Virus record (IMG/VR): IMGVR_UViG_3300011403_000015
Coordinates: 1-52,509 of that record
Strand: one strand, 5' to 3'
DNA from: a virus
Taxonomy: Duplodnaviria; Caudoviricetes
Length of the DNA stretch: 52,509 nt
In this document: one piece after another, positions 37,721 through 45,738 of the stretch
Numbering within the stretch: position 1 is the stretch's first letter
Layout of the letters: every line of letters begins with the position of its first letter
Program-made: the position numbers and the translations under genes
The notes under the pieces: model-generated
Told to the model about the DNA's origin: nothing
Databases searched by the model: none
The model's input: the letters and a program-made list of their open reading frames with translations, nothing else

Positions 37721-38118
37721 AGACTCAAGAGATGACTACAGAAGGTTTACAACGCTTAGAAAATCCAAAGTTCCACAAAGCCTTTTGCGGCAAACCTGGA
37801 TTCCGCCTACAAGCCCTGAAAGCCTATGCGGAGAAGGTAGAATTTATTACCGATGGTTACAGCACAGATGTTAATGAATTAGCGATGCAGGTGAATATCA
37901 ACCTTGCTACCTTCAATCCCCAAGAGGATTGCTTGATTCCGGCAGGGACTGGCATCATTAACATCATGGTAGGTTATTATCTAGCTAATCACTTCCCTAA
38001 AGAATCCATAGCTGTGGCGTTCTTCCAGCGTGAGATTACCAAACATGATAGAACGGTAATTCCAGAAAACTATGAGTTCTACCGTTTCTATCCCAATGCC
38101 CTTCTGGGTCTAATGTAA
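37717..38118 (+). CDS. hypothetical protein
   Basis: 133-aa ORF overlapping the helicase stop. Confidence 0.7.
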   Translation: MKTQEMTTEGLQRLENPKFHKAFCGKPGFRLQALKAYAEKVEFITDGYSTDVNELAMQVNINLATFNPQEDCLIPAGTGIINIMVGYYLANHFPKESIAVAFFQREITKHDRTVIPENYEFYRFYPNALLGLM

Positions 38119-38208
38119 GGAGGCAACATGGCGTGCAGATCACCGCCGATAAAAACATAACTTGCTGTATAAACCCGCATTCGTAGAAGTGAAACAGGAG
38201 ATAAACTA

Positions 38209-38985
38209 ATGGCAGATCCCGCAGAGAGGATCGCACAACCACCTTCCCTTGCAAGGGATATACCCTTCGGTACTTGGGATGATACTACAGCAGAAGATAA
38301 GGGTTGGAAAATACTTGTCTATGGCGACAGCGGTAGTGGTAAGACCTACTTCGCTGGTACTTTCCCTGATCCACTCTTCCTTGACTTAGAAGATGGTATG
38401 CGCTCACTTCTACCATTAAAGCGTAACATCAAACGATACCCCAAGAGTCCGGCCCAACAGATCACAACTTTGGATGAGGTGAAAGCCTTCTACCAAATTG
38501 TGAAGAAGATAAAACCAGAAGATGCACCGTTCAAGACCATTGTAATAGATAGCTTGAACGAACTGCAAATTCTGGTGCTAGAGAATTCGGTGAAGACAAA
38601 TCCAGCTCAGCGAATCTACGATGACCAACCTACGATGCAAGATTACGGAAAGTTAGCCCGTGATATGCAGACCTTAGTGCGGTTGTTCATCAAGCTACCC
38701 TACAACATCATCTTCGTTGCGGGATGCAAGGAACGTGAATTTCCTGAAGATAAGTTGCTGCCGTTGTTTTCCGGCAAGAAGACTGGGCCTGACGTCAGAA
38801 GGATCATTGAGCAAATCGGCTATTGCTATACTAAGCAAGCGGCGAAAGACCAACCCGCTGAGCATCTTATAGCATTTGCAGATACTCCGGCCTATATAGC
38901 CAAAGACCGGACGGGGAAGTTAAGCAGACCAATTCGTAACACCTATGAAGCATTGATGAGTGTAATCAACAAGGGGAAAGAATAA
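38209..38985 (+). CDS. AAA_24 / Sak4-like ATPase (single-strand annealing recombinase)
   Basis: LVYGDSGSGKT, FLDLEDG, TIVIDSL, AKDR; next to SSB. Confidence 0.85.
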   Translation: MADPAERIAQPPSLARDIPFGTWDDTTAEDKGWKILVYGDSGSGKTYFAGTFPDPLFLDLEDGMRSLLPLKRNIKRYPKSPAQQITTLDEVKAFYQIVKKIKPEDAPFKTIVIDSLNELQILVLENSVKTNPAQRIYDDQPTMQDYGKLARDMQTLVRLFIKLPYNIIFVAGCKEREFPEDKLLPLFSGKKTGPDVRRIIEQIGYCYTKQAAKDQPAEHLIAFADTPAYIAKDRTGKLSRPIRNTYEALMSVINKGKE

Positions 38986-38987
38986 CC

Positions 38988-39497
38988 ATGAAAATCGATC
39001 TAGAGCGTTCAACACTGTTGGCTGACGGCATTTACAAAGTGCGTATTATGGAGACCGAAGACCGCACAAGTGCCGCTGGCAATCCTTACGTCAATCTTAC
39101 CTGTGACGTATTGGACGAAGCAGGGAAGTCCACTGGCAACACCATCTGGCACACATTGACCATGACGCCAAAAGCTAAGTTCATGGTTGGTCGGTTCCTG
39201 GATGCGGTGGGTGCGCCCCTCACGGGTAGCCTGAATTCCCGCAGCCTGAAGAACAAGACCCTGTGGGCAAAGATCGGCAAGGACACCTATCAAGGCAAGA
39301 GCAAGAATGTAATCGTCGAACCGCTTACCCCAGAACAAGCAGGCAAGGACGCTGAAAGCGTCAACAATGTTTTTAACCTGGGTGACGATGCAGACACCAG
39401 CAACGGCTTTGAGGATGACATTGCCAGTTGGGAAACAGAGGAAGATGATTCCTTAGCAAATGTTCCCGACGAGATGAGTGAAGATTCCCGCTTCTAG
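38988..39497 (+). CDS. single-stranded DNA-binding protein (DUF669-like)
   Basis: DGIYKVRI..SAAGNPY OB-fold pattern, acidic tail ending in F. Confidence 0.8.
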   Translation: MKIDLERSTLLADGIYKVRIMETEDRTSAAGNPYVNLTCDVLDEAGKSTGNTIWHTLTMTPKAKFMVGRFLDAVGAPLTGSLNSRSLKNKTLWAKIGKDTYQGKSKNVIVEPLTPEQAGKDAESVNNVFNLGDDADTSNGFEDDIASWETEEDDSLANVPDEMSEDSRF

Positions 39498-39504
39498 TTA
39501 ATCC

Positions 39505-39531
39505 AGGGGGAGCAGAAATGCTCCCCCTTAT
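39505..39531 (+). terminator. stem-loop after ssb (weak terminator or mRNA stabiliser)
   Basis: AGGGGGAGCA-GAAA-TGCTCCCCCT with only a short T tract. Confidence 0.55.
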
Positions 39532-39533
39532 CT

Positions 39534-39947
39534 ATGGGAGACCAAGAAATGGTGAGCATCAGCCGTATACTAGCCTTTGACCCTGGTGAAAGCACAGGCA
39601 TTAGTTTTGTACAAGATGGTGAGTTTGTGTGGGGGATGGTGTGCCGTCCCGAAGCATTTGATAAGGAAGACTTCATCTTTGCGCTTACTAAGATGACAAA
39701 GCCTACCACCATCGTCATAGAATCACCACCCAACAGCACCCTCTTCTTCAACCAAGACCAGTTCCATATCTACGCTACACTGTGCCATTGCTATGAGACC
39801 GCTGGCTACAATGTAGTGAAGATGGGTCCAGGACGCTGGAAAAGTCTTACGACTAGAACTAAGATAGACAGTGGTCACGCCAGAGACGCTGCTGATATGG
39901 CGAAAGTACAGTATGCGATCGAGGTGAAAAATGGCGTGGGTAGATGA
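39534..39947 (+). CDS. RuvC-like Holliday junction resolvase
   Basis: ILAFDPGESTG, IVIES, HARDAA acidic motifs. Confidence 0.75.
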   Translation: MGDQEMVSISRILAFDPGESTGISFVQDGEFVWGMVCRPEAFDKEDFIFALTKMTKPTTIVIESPPNSTLFFNQDQFHIYATLCHCYETAGYNVVKMGPGRWKSLTTRTKIDSGHARDAADMAKVQYAIEVKNGVGR

Positions 39948-40377
39948 GCAAGATTTAGATCTTCTCCGCCAGAAAGAGTATATGTTCTGGAGAAGTATAT
40001 CTTTAGTCTCTGACCTAGAAGAAGATTGCTGGCTTTGGCACAAAAGTACCACTCCTAATGGCTATGGAAAAATTCACTTAGGATCCAATAGAGCCGGTAA
40101 GCAGATAATGATCTATGCTCATCGTTTTAGTTATCTGCTATTTAATGGATCTATTCCGCAAAATATGCTATGTTTGCACAAGTGCGATGAGCCTAGATGC
40201 TGCAATCCTCTGCATTTGTTTATAGGAAATAAAGCTGATAACTCTATAGACATGATGCAGAAGGGTAGAGGTAACGGGCAATTTCACCCAGAACATACAA
40301 CTTGGGTAGGAAAGCATCACACAGAAGAAACTAAGAGGAAGATATCAGAAGCCAAGAGGAAAGAAAATGGAACCTGA
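39931..40377 (+). CDS. HNH endonuclease with NUMOD3 motif
   Basis: CWLW..YAHRFSY..LHKCDEPRCCNPLHL; GKHHTEETKRKISEA. Confidence 0.9.
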   Translation: MAWVDEQDLDLLRQKEYMFWRSISLVSDLEEDCWLWHKSTTPNGYGKIHLGSNRAGKQIMIYAHRFSYLLFNGSIPQNMLCLHKCDEPRCCNPLHLFIGNKADNSIDMMQKGRGNGQFHPEHTTWVGKHHTEETKRKISEAKRKENGT

Positions 40378-41185
40378 CATTACCATCATAGGTGGCGGTT
40401 TGAGTGCTATCTACGCCTATTGGGGTTGCCGTGATGCTGGCTACGAAGCTGACCAGATAGAAGTGCTGGCTTCAAAGATGGCACTCCCCATAGGAGCTAT
40501 CTTCATGTATGAAAGCCCAATCCCCTGGATCGCTACACCCATCACCAGCATCTTGTTAGGTACGGCAGACCTGTACTCCATGAACCAATGGACAAAGGTA
40601 GTGAAGACTAGCGCACATACACGCTTCAATAACAGCCAGAAAACTGTTACCGATTACCTGTATATGTATGAGGAAATGGCGACAACGCTGTGGGGCATGA
40701 TGCCTGGTTTACGGGAAAGTAAACCGTTAAGCGCACGAGAAATAGAGCAACTCAAGAAAGAGCGCAAGGCGGTTATCTGCACCTTCGCTAATACCGAGTA
40801 CAGACAAGGCTATGCGGAAAAGGGTTATATCATAAACTTCCCTATCTACATCAGTAGGGTAGAAACAGATAAGCACATCGTACTGTACAATGGTCTAAAT
40901 ACAATCCCCTGGGTACGGCAGACAATGGTTCCAGGACACCAGTACACAGAGTATCCTAACCATATCATAGGGCCAACCATTACACAGTATGAAAACAACA
41001 GAGGCAACGCAGATGGACAGATACACTTTGCCCCTGACCTCATGCCCAACACCCCACCTCTAGCTTGGCATGAACGTATAGAAGATAACCTATTGCGTGT
41101 AGGTAGATTGGCTGCCTTCAAAACGGGCTACCTAAGCCATCATGCACGTATGGATACCAAACGGTTCCTAATGGAGTTAGTATGA
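40367..41185 (+). CDS. FAD/NAD-binding Rossmann-fold protein (putative oxidoreductase or mutase)
   Basis: ITIIGGGLSA dinucleotide-binding start; VGRLA near the C-terminus. Confidence 0.6.
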   Translation: MEPDITIIGGGLSAIYAYWGCRDAGYEADQIEVLASKMALPIGAIFMYESPIPWIATPITSILLGTADLYSMNQWTKVVKTSAHTRFNNSQKTVTDYLYMYEEMATTLWGMMPGLRESKPLSAREIEQLKKERKAVICTFANTEYRQGYAEKGYIINFPIYISRVETDKHIVLYNGLNTIPWVRQTMVPGHQYTEYPNHIIGPTITQYENNRGNADGQIHFAPDLMPNTPPLAWHERIEDNLLRVGRLAAFKTGYLSHHARMDTKRFLMELV

Positions 41186-42156
41186 GAAAGACCCTAGCGC
41201 AAGTATGGGACGAGCAGCAAGAATACAACGATAAGGTTAAACAGTTCCAAACACGTAGCAGCTCGGAATGGCTTATCAACTACATACTAGGCGCACATAG
41301 CGAGCTAAGTGAATTGCTAGATCAAACTCACTGGAAGACGCATCGTCTAGAAACTATGTGGCAGTTCGGCCCCAACATAAGCGAAGAACTAGCTGACCTT
41401 ACCAAGTATGTGTTCAGCATGTGGATTGAGATGGGCTACACAGAGCAGGATATGCTAGATTCCATGCACAGCAAGCATGAGATTCTTGAGCAGCTAATGT
41501 ATCAAGATACACGGCCACAACTACAAGAACGTAACATCCTCATGCTAGACCTGGATGGCGTAGTAGCGGACTTCCGCAAAGGCTTTATGCTGTGGCTCAA
41601 TAACACCAAGTGGCGTGACGTGCTCACGCTGGACGAGCGTGATATTGGTTTACACATGGACATCAACAATGGCTGGAACTACCATAGCTATCACCAAGCA
41701 AAGATGGAATTTGAGCGTGACGGTGGTTATGGCACACTCCCATCCATCACCCGTATTAAGAAGTGCGTTAATGCCTTACATCGGGTTGGCTGGTACATCA
41801 TTGTGTACACAGCACGTCCTTACCGCACCTATAAGCGCATCTGGAGCGACACTTGGCTATGGCTTAAGAACCATGACATTGAAGCAGATGAGCTACACTT
41901 CGGTTATGATGAGCGTGTAGTTGCGGCCAGCCAATACAAAGAAGAAAACCATGTGGTAGCCCTAGAGGATGATCCTACACTTATCAAGCGTTATGTAGGA
42001 TGTAACATCCCCGTCCTCTTATGCCCACAGCCGTACAATCAGAACATCTTCCTCAACAACAACTATCTAAGGTTAATACAAGATGAGCAAGAACACTGGG
42101 ACATCAGCAATGCAGTCCATGGAACAATTGAAACTGGAGCTTTCAATGCCGGATAG
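41182..42156 (+). CDS. all-alpha NTP pyrophosphatase (dUTPase/MazG-like) fused to HAD 5'-nucleotidase-like domain
   Basis: ELSELLD..WK.H and EELADLTKY; LDLDGVVADF, YTAR and LEDD HAD motifs. Confidence 0.8.
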   Translation: MRKTLAQVWDEQQEYNDKVKQFQTRSSSEWLINYILGAHSELSELLDQTHWKTHRLETMWQFGPNISEELADLTKYVFSMWIEMGYTEQDMLDSMHSKHEILEQLMYQDTRPQLQERNILMLDLDGVVADFRKGFMLWLNNTKWRDVLTLDERDIGLHMDINNGWNYHSYHQAKMEFERDGGYGTLPSITRIKKCVNALHRVGWYIIVYTARPYRTYKRIWSDTWLWLKNHDIEADELHFGYDERVVAASQYKEENHVVALEDDPTLIKRYVGCNIPVLLCPQPYNQNIFLNNNYLRLIQDEQEHWDISNAVHGTIETGAFNAG

Positions 42157-42514
42157 AGAAAAGGATACACTTGACGCCATGCGTGATTTAGTGAAGACCG
42201 TAACAGGATTGACTCCGGCAGAACAACAGCGTATGGAAGCTACCATTAAACTCTATCAGATAGAATATGAAGTCTGCAAAGATATATTTATGGATCGTAA
42301 TAAGATCTATAAAAATACCTTTGAACATCTGGGACTTATCGGTACAGTTATCACCCTCATAGGAGATACTTACCGCCTACGCAATATGATTGTACAAGAG
42401 CCAGATCACGGCAGAAAGTACAAAGAGCAAATCGAAGATAAGCTGCGTGATGTGGTCAACCAAGCCCTGATAAGCCTTATGATGCTACACGAAGACAACT
42501 ACGAGGGCAGATAA
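42146..42514 (+). CDS. DUF1599-like nucleotide-modification-associated protein
   Basis: IFMDRNKIYKNTF..RLRN..IEDKLRDVVNQALISL pattern; ATG at 42146 follows GGAG. Confidence 0.6.
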   Translation: MPDREKDTLDAMRDLVKTVTGLTPAEQQRMEATIKLYQIEYEVCKDIFMDRNKIYKNTFEHLGLIGTVITLIGDTYRLRNMIVQEPDHGRKYKEQIEDKLRDVVNQALISLMMLHEDNYEGR

Positions 42515-43413
42515 TGAGTACAATGGCAAGCCGTAGCGTCCATAAAGATGGCGGCAACAAAGCACCTGGTCAGTACGGACGCACCGATATCAACTATGAC
42601 AACCTCACGGTAGAGTGCATCTTGTGGCCTGAAGAGGAAGTCGTAAAGCGTGTTCTCAGTAAAGCTAGTGTTGCCGTCAAAGGCAGCATCGTTGGTAAAG
42701 ATGAAGTAGATGAGCGTAGCGTGCAAGATATGTTCAGGGGTGGCTTGAACCAAGCCTTAGAATGGTTCACGGTTGCTTTTGAATGTAGCGGCGTGACCAG
42801 AGGCGTCACGCACCAACTTGTAAGAACCCGCAAAGCCAGCTTCGCCCAACAAAGTATGCGATATGCAGACATGGGGAGCTTCAACGCACGTATGCCCAAA
42901 GCCATCGCAGAAAGCGAAGTAGATGCTGTACTAAGTGAATACAACTACCCCCATCTGTACAACTTACAATGGGATGAGGGTATGCACAGAGCTACCACAC
43001 CACAGAAGGTCTGGTTAGATGCAATAGCGGTTTCTCGGGAAGCCTATGCTTGGTTGGCCGAACATGACATACCCATGCAAGATGCACGCACCGTATGTCC
43101 CATCGCTACCGAAACCTACATTATCTGCGAATACCCACTTAGCGAGTTCATCGCTACCTATGCCTATCGTGCGTGCCAAATGTTCTACCCTGAAACAGTT
43201 GCGCTATTCGGGCTTATGCGTGAAGCCCTCTTAGAAAAGTGTGAATGGCTAGAACCCCATCTGCTGATAAGCTGCCAGAAGACCAGTGGTGGCATTAACG
43301 GATTGCCGCACAAATGCACCTATCAAGGATGGGAACAGGTAGAAGGTCAGTGTACCTTTGATTGGGCTTTAGAGGAGAACAGAATCTTCAAGAGCTCGAA
43401 AGTAGATAAGTGA
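42514..43413 (+). CDS. thyX: ThyX-like flavin-dependent thymidylate synthase with variant motif
   Basis: THQLVRTRKASFAQQSMRY (RHR->RTR), QDARTVCP. Confidence 0.8.
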   Translation: MSTMASRSVHKDGGNKAPGQYGRTDINYDNLTVECILWPEEEVVKRVLSKASVAVKGSIVGKDEVDERSVQDMFRGGLNQALEWFTVAFECSGVTRGVTHQLVRTRKASFAQQSMRYADMGSFNARMPKAIAESEVDAVLSEYNYPHLYNLQWDEGMHRATTPQKVWLDAIAVSREAYAWLAEHDIPMQDARTVCPIATETYIICEYPLSEFIATYAYRACQMFYPETVALFGLMREALLEKCEWLEPHLLISCQKTSGGINGLPHKCTYQGWEQVEGQCTFDWALEENRIFKSSKVDK

Positions 43414-43414
43414 G

Positions 43415-43696
43415 ATGTTAAGCCTACAATTCTTGCTGGAGCTGCATGGCGAAAGCCGCAAGTTTACAGCAGAAGAAGTTAATCAACTAGCCGCTGAAGT
43501 CAATGTCACCCTACGGGAAAACCGTAGGGTGGCAGAGCTAACAGAGAAAGAGGTACTATGGGGAAATAAGTTGTTGCTTCACCTATATGTGTTTTCCCGT
43601 GTCGATGAAAATCTTGAAGTAGATGTTACCCCTGAAGACATAGACTACATGATGGAAGAGACAAGCTACTTACAAATGGGCTACACAAGAAATTAG
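43415..43696 (+). CDS. hypothetical protein
   Basis: 93-aa ORF filling the thyX-pol gap. Confidence 0.6.
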   Translation: MLSLQFLLELHGESRKFTAEEVNQLAAEVNVTLRENRRVAELTEKEVLWGNKLLLHLYVFSRVDENLEVDVTPEDIDYMMEETSYLQMGYTRN

Positions 43697-43704
43697 AGGG
43701 AACA

Positions 43705-45738
43705 ATGGAATACCTAACGCTGGAGCAGATACGCTCCTGTAGAGGCCATACAGTCGTAGTGGATACAGAAACCACAGGCTTAGAATGGTGGAACCAAAGC
43801 ATCATAGGGGTAGGCATACATTGCGAAGAGCTTAATATCTCTGGTTATCTGCCTACTTGTACTTATGAAGACGTGGCTTACGGCACACCCACCAAGAAGA
43901 AGATGTGGTTGGGCAAGAAGGATTATTCACGAAGTAGTGTAGGCTGTAGGGTTTATGAGTACGTCATTACTCATAAAAAACGCCCTACAGCCATACCCGA
44001 TGAAGATCTAGTGGAAGAAGCCAAAGCCGCTGTGCATTACATGGCAGATGACCCCGATACCACCATTATCGGCCACAACCTAAAGTTCGATGCACATTTT
44101 CTGGATTTGCTGCTATATGAACTTCCTTGCCGTATATATGATACTACAGTGTTAGTGCATCTGTACGATAGCCGCTTAAAGAAGAGCCTTGAGAAGTCAG
44201 AAGAGTACTTCCTCAATACTTCCAGCAAGCGTGGCTATGTAGAATTAGGCAAGGGTGAGGGCAAGCTCATGCCCTGGAACTGGTCACTACCTAATTTAGC
44301 TGCATACTGTACTAATGACTGTATTGTAACATACCAACTGTACGAGACCCTAATGCCACAAATGGAAAAGTACAAGTTGAAAAACTTGCTGGCATTGCAG
44401 ATGAAGTTCTTACGGGTGTTGCAGAAGATGGAACGGCGGGGTCTTGCGCTAAACTATCCCTACATGGTAGAATCCAAAGCCATACTAGAAAAGAACCTAG
44501 TTGCGCTAGAACAGGATTTATATGAGGCTTGCGGACAGGTCTTCAACTGGCGTTCCGGCCCACAGCTCAGTAAGGCAATATACGAAGGCTTGGGAATACC
44601 AAAACCCGAGAATCCCTTTGCTGACCCTGACGGTGTGGATAGATCCAGAATGGCGCACGTCAACAAGTACAACAAGTATCGCACTTCTTCATTTATCCTT
44701 ATGGAAAAGGGAGCCCATCCATTGGGAGGACTTATCCTAGAAATGCGGGAATGCGACAAGCTAATTGGATTCCTAGACAACTACAAGGAATTAGCAGATG
44801 ACGATAGAATTGTGCATGGCACTTTCAATATCACTGGAACCAGAACAGGTAGACTTTCGTCTTCCCGACCTAACCTTCAAAATATCCCATCCTCACATAG
44901 AGCTAGAGAAGACACTGGCGTCTTTAGCGGCGGGGGAGTTCGTGAAGGTGAGTACAATCTACGCCAAGCTATCATCTCAAAGCCTGGATATACCCTGGTC
45001 AGTATTGATCACCGACAGCAAGAAATGCGAATGTTTGGTATCCTGGCACAAGAACCCGTAATGATGGAAGCTCTTAAGAATCGTGAAGATATCCATATGC
45101 GGGTAGCTCTTTCAGTATGGGGGGATTGTGGGCCGGAACTCAATGACCTGCATCGTGAATGGTCGAAGGCTATTGGCTTCGGACTTATCTACGGCATGAC
45201 CACTGGTTCCTTGCAATACAAGCTCAACAAAACACCAGAGGAAGCTCAGAAGATTGCACAGCAGTATTGGGCAACCTTTCCCCGAATCCAGCCCTGGCTG
45301 AACGAGGTTATCAAAAAGGGAACCAAGCAAGGCTACATCCGTTATTGGGATGGGCGCATATGGCGTGAGGATGATAATCTAAAGATGTACAAAGGCGCAA
45401 ATGCTCAGATTCAGGGGGGTGCTGCCGGAATCATGTCCCTTGCTATTGTACGGGCAGATAAGGTAGTGACCACCCAAGATTGGGGTGGCGCACTAAGCAT
45501 TGTACATGACGAGGCTATCTTTGAGATACGTGACGAATGCGTAGATGAAGCTGTACCAGTTCTACTACGTGTGATGGAAGTGGAAGATATCTTTAACCTA
45601 CCCTTCAACGCTGAAGCTAAAGTGGGCAAGAGTTACGGCACACTACAGAAGATCAAGGTTACGGCAGACATATCCGCCATCGATTGGAAACGATATACCG
45701 AAGATAAGGTTACTAACACAATCCTTGAGGTGGCGTAA
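43705..45738 (+). CDS. polA: family A DNA polymerase with 3'-5' exonuclease
   Basis: VDTETTG, GHNLKFD, TGRLSSSRPNLQNIP, KAIGFGLIYG, IVHDE. Confidence 0.95.
   Translation: MEYLTLEQIRSCRGHTVVVDTETTGLEWWNQSIIGVGIHCEELNISGYLPTCTYEDVAYGTPTKKKMWLGKKDYSRSSVGCRVYEYVITHKKRPTAIPDEDLVEEAKAAVHYMADDPDTTIIGHNLKFDAHFLDLLLYELPCRIYDTTVLVHLYDSRLKKSLEKSEEYFLNTSSKRGYVELGKGEGKLMPWNWSLPNLAAYCTNDCIVTYQLYETLMPQMEKYKLKNLLALQMKFLRVLQKMERRGLALNYPYMVESKAILEKNLVALEQDLYEACGQVFNWRSGPQLSKAIYEGLGIPKPENPFADPDGVDRSRMAHVNKYNKYRTSSFILMEKGAHPLGGLILEMRECDKLIGFLDNYKELADDDRIVHGTFNITGTRTGRLSSSRPNLQNIPSSHRAREDTGVFSGGGVREGEYNLRQAIISKPGYTLVSIDHRQQEMRMFGILAQEPVMMEALKNREDIHMRVALSVWGDCGPELNDLHREWSKAIGFGLIYGMTTGSLQYKLNKTPEEAQKIAQQYWATFPRIQPWLNEVIKKGTKQGYIRYWDGRIWREDDNLKMYKGANAQIQGGAAGIMSLAIVRADKVVTTQDWGGALSIVHDEAIFEIRDECVDEAVPVLLRVMEVEDIFNLPFNAEAKVGKSYGTLQKIKVTADISAIDWKRYTEDKVTNTILEVA

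Noticed and set aside
38119-38208. 10-codon mini-ORF (MACRSPPIKT) after GGAGG, or tmRNA-like segment
   Set aside because: Too short to support, and there are no tRNA-like ends or convincing structure
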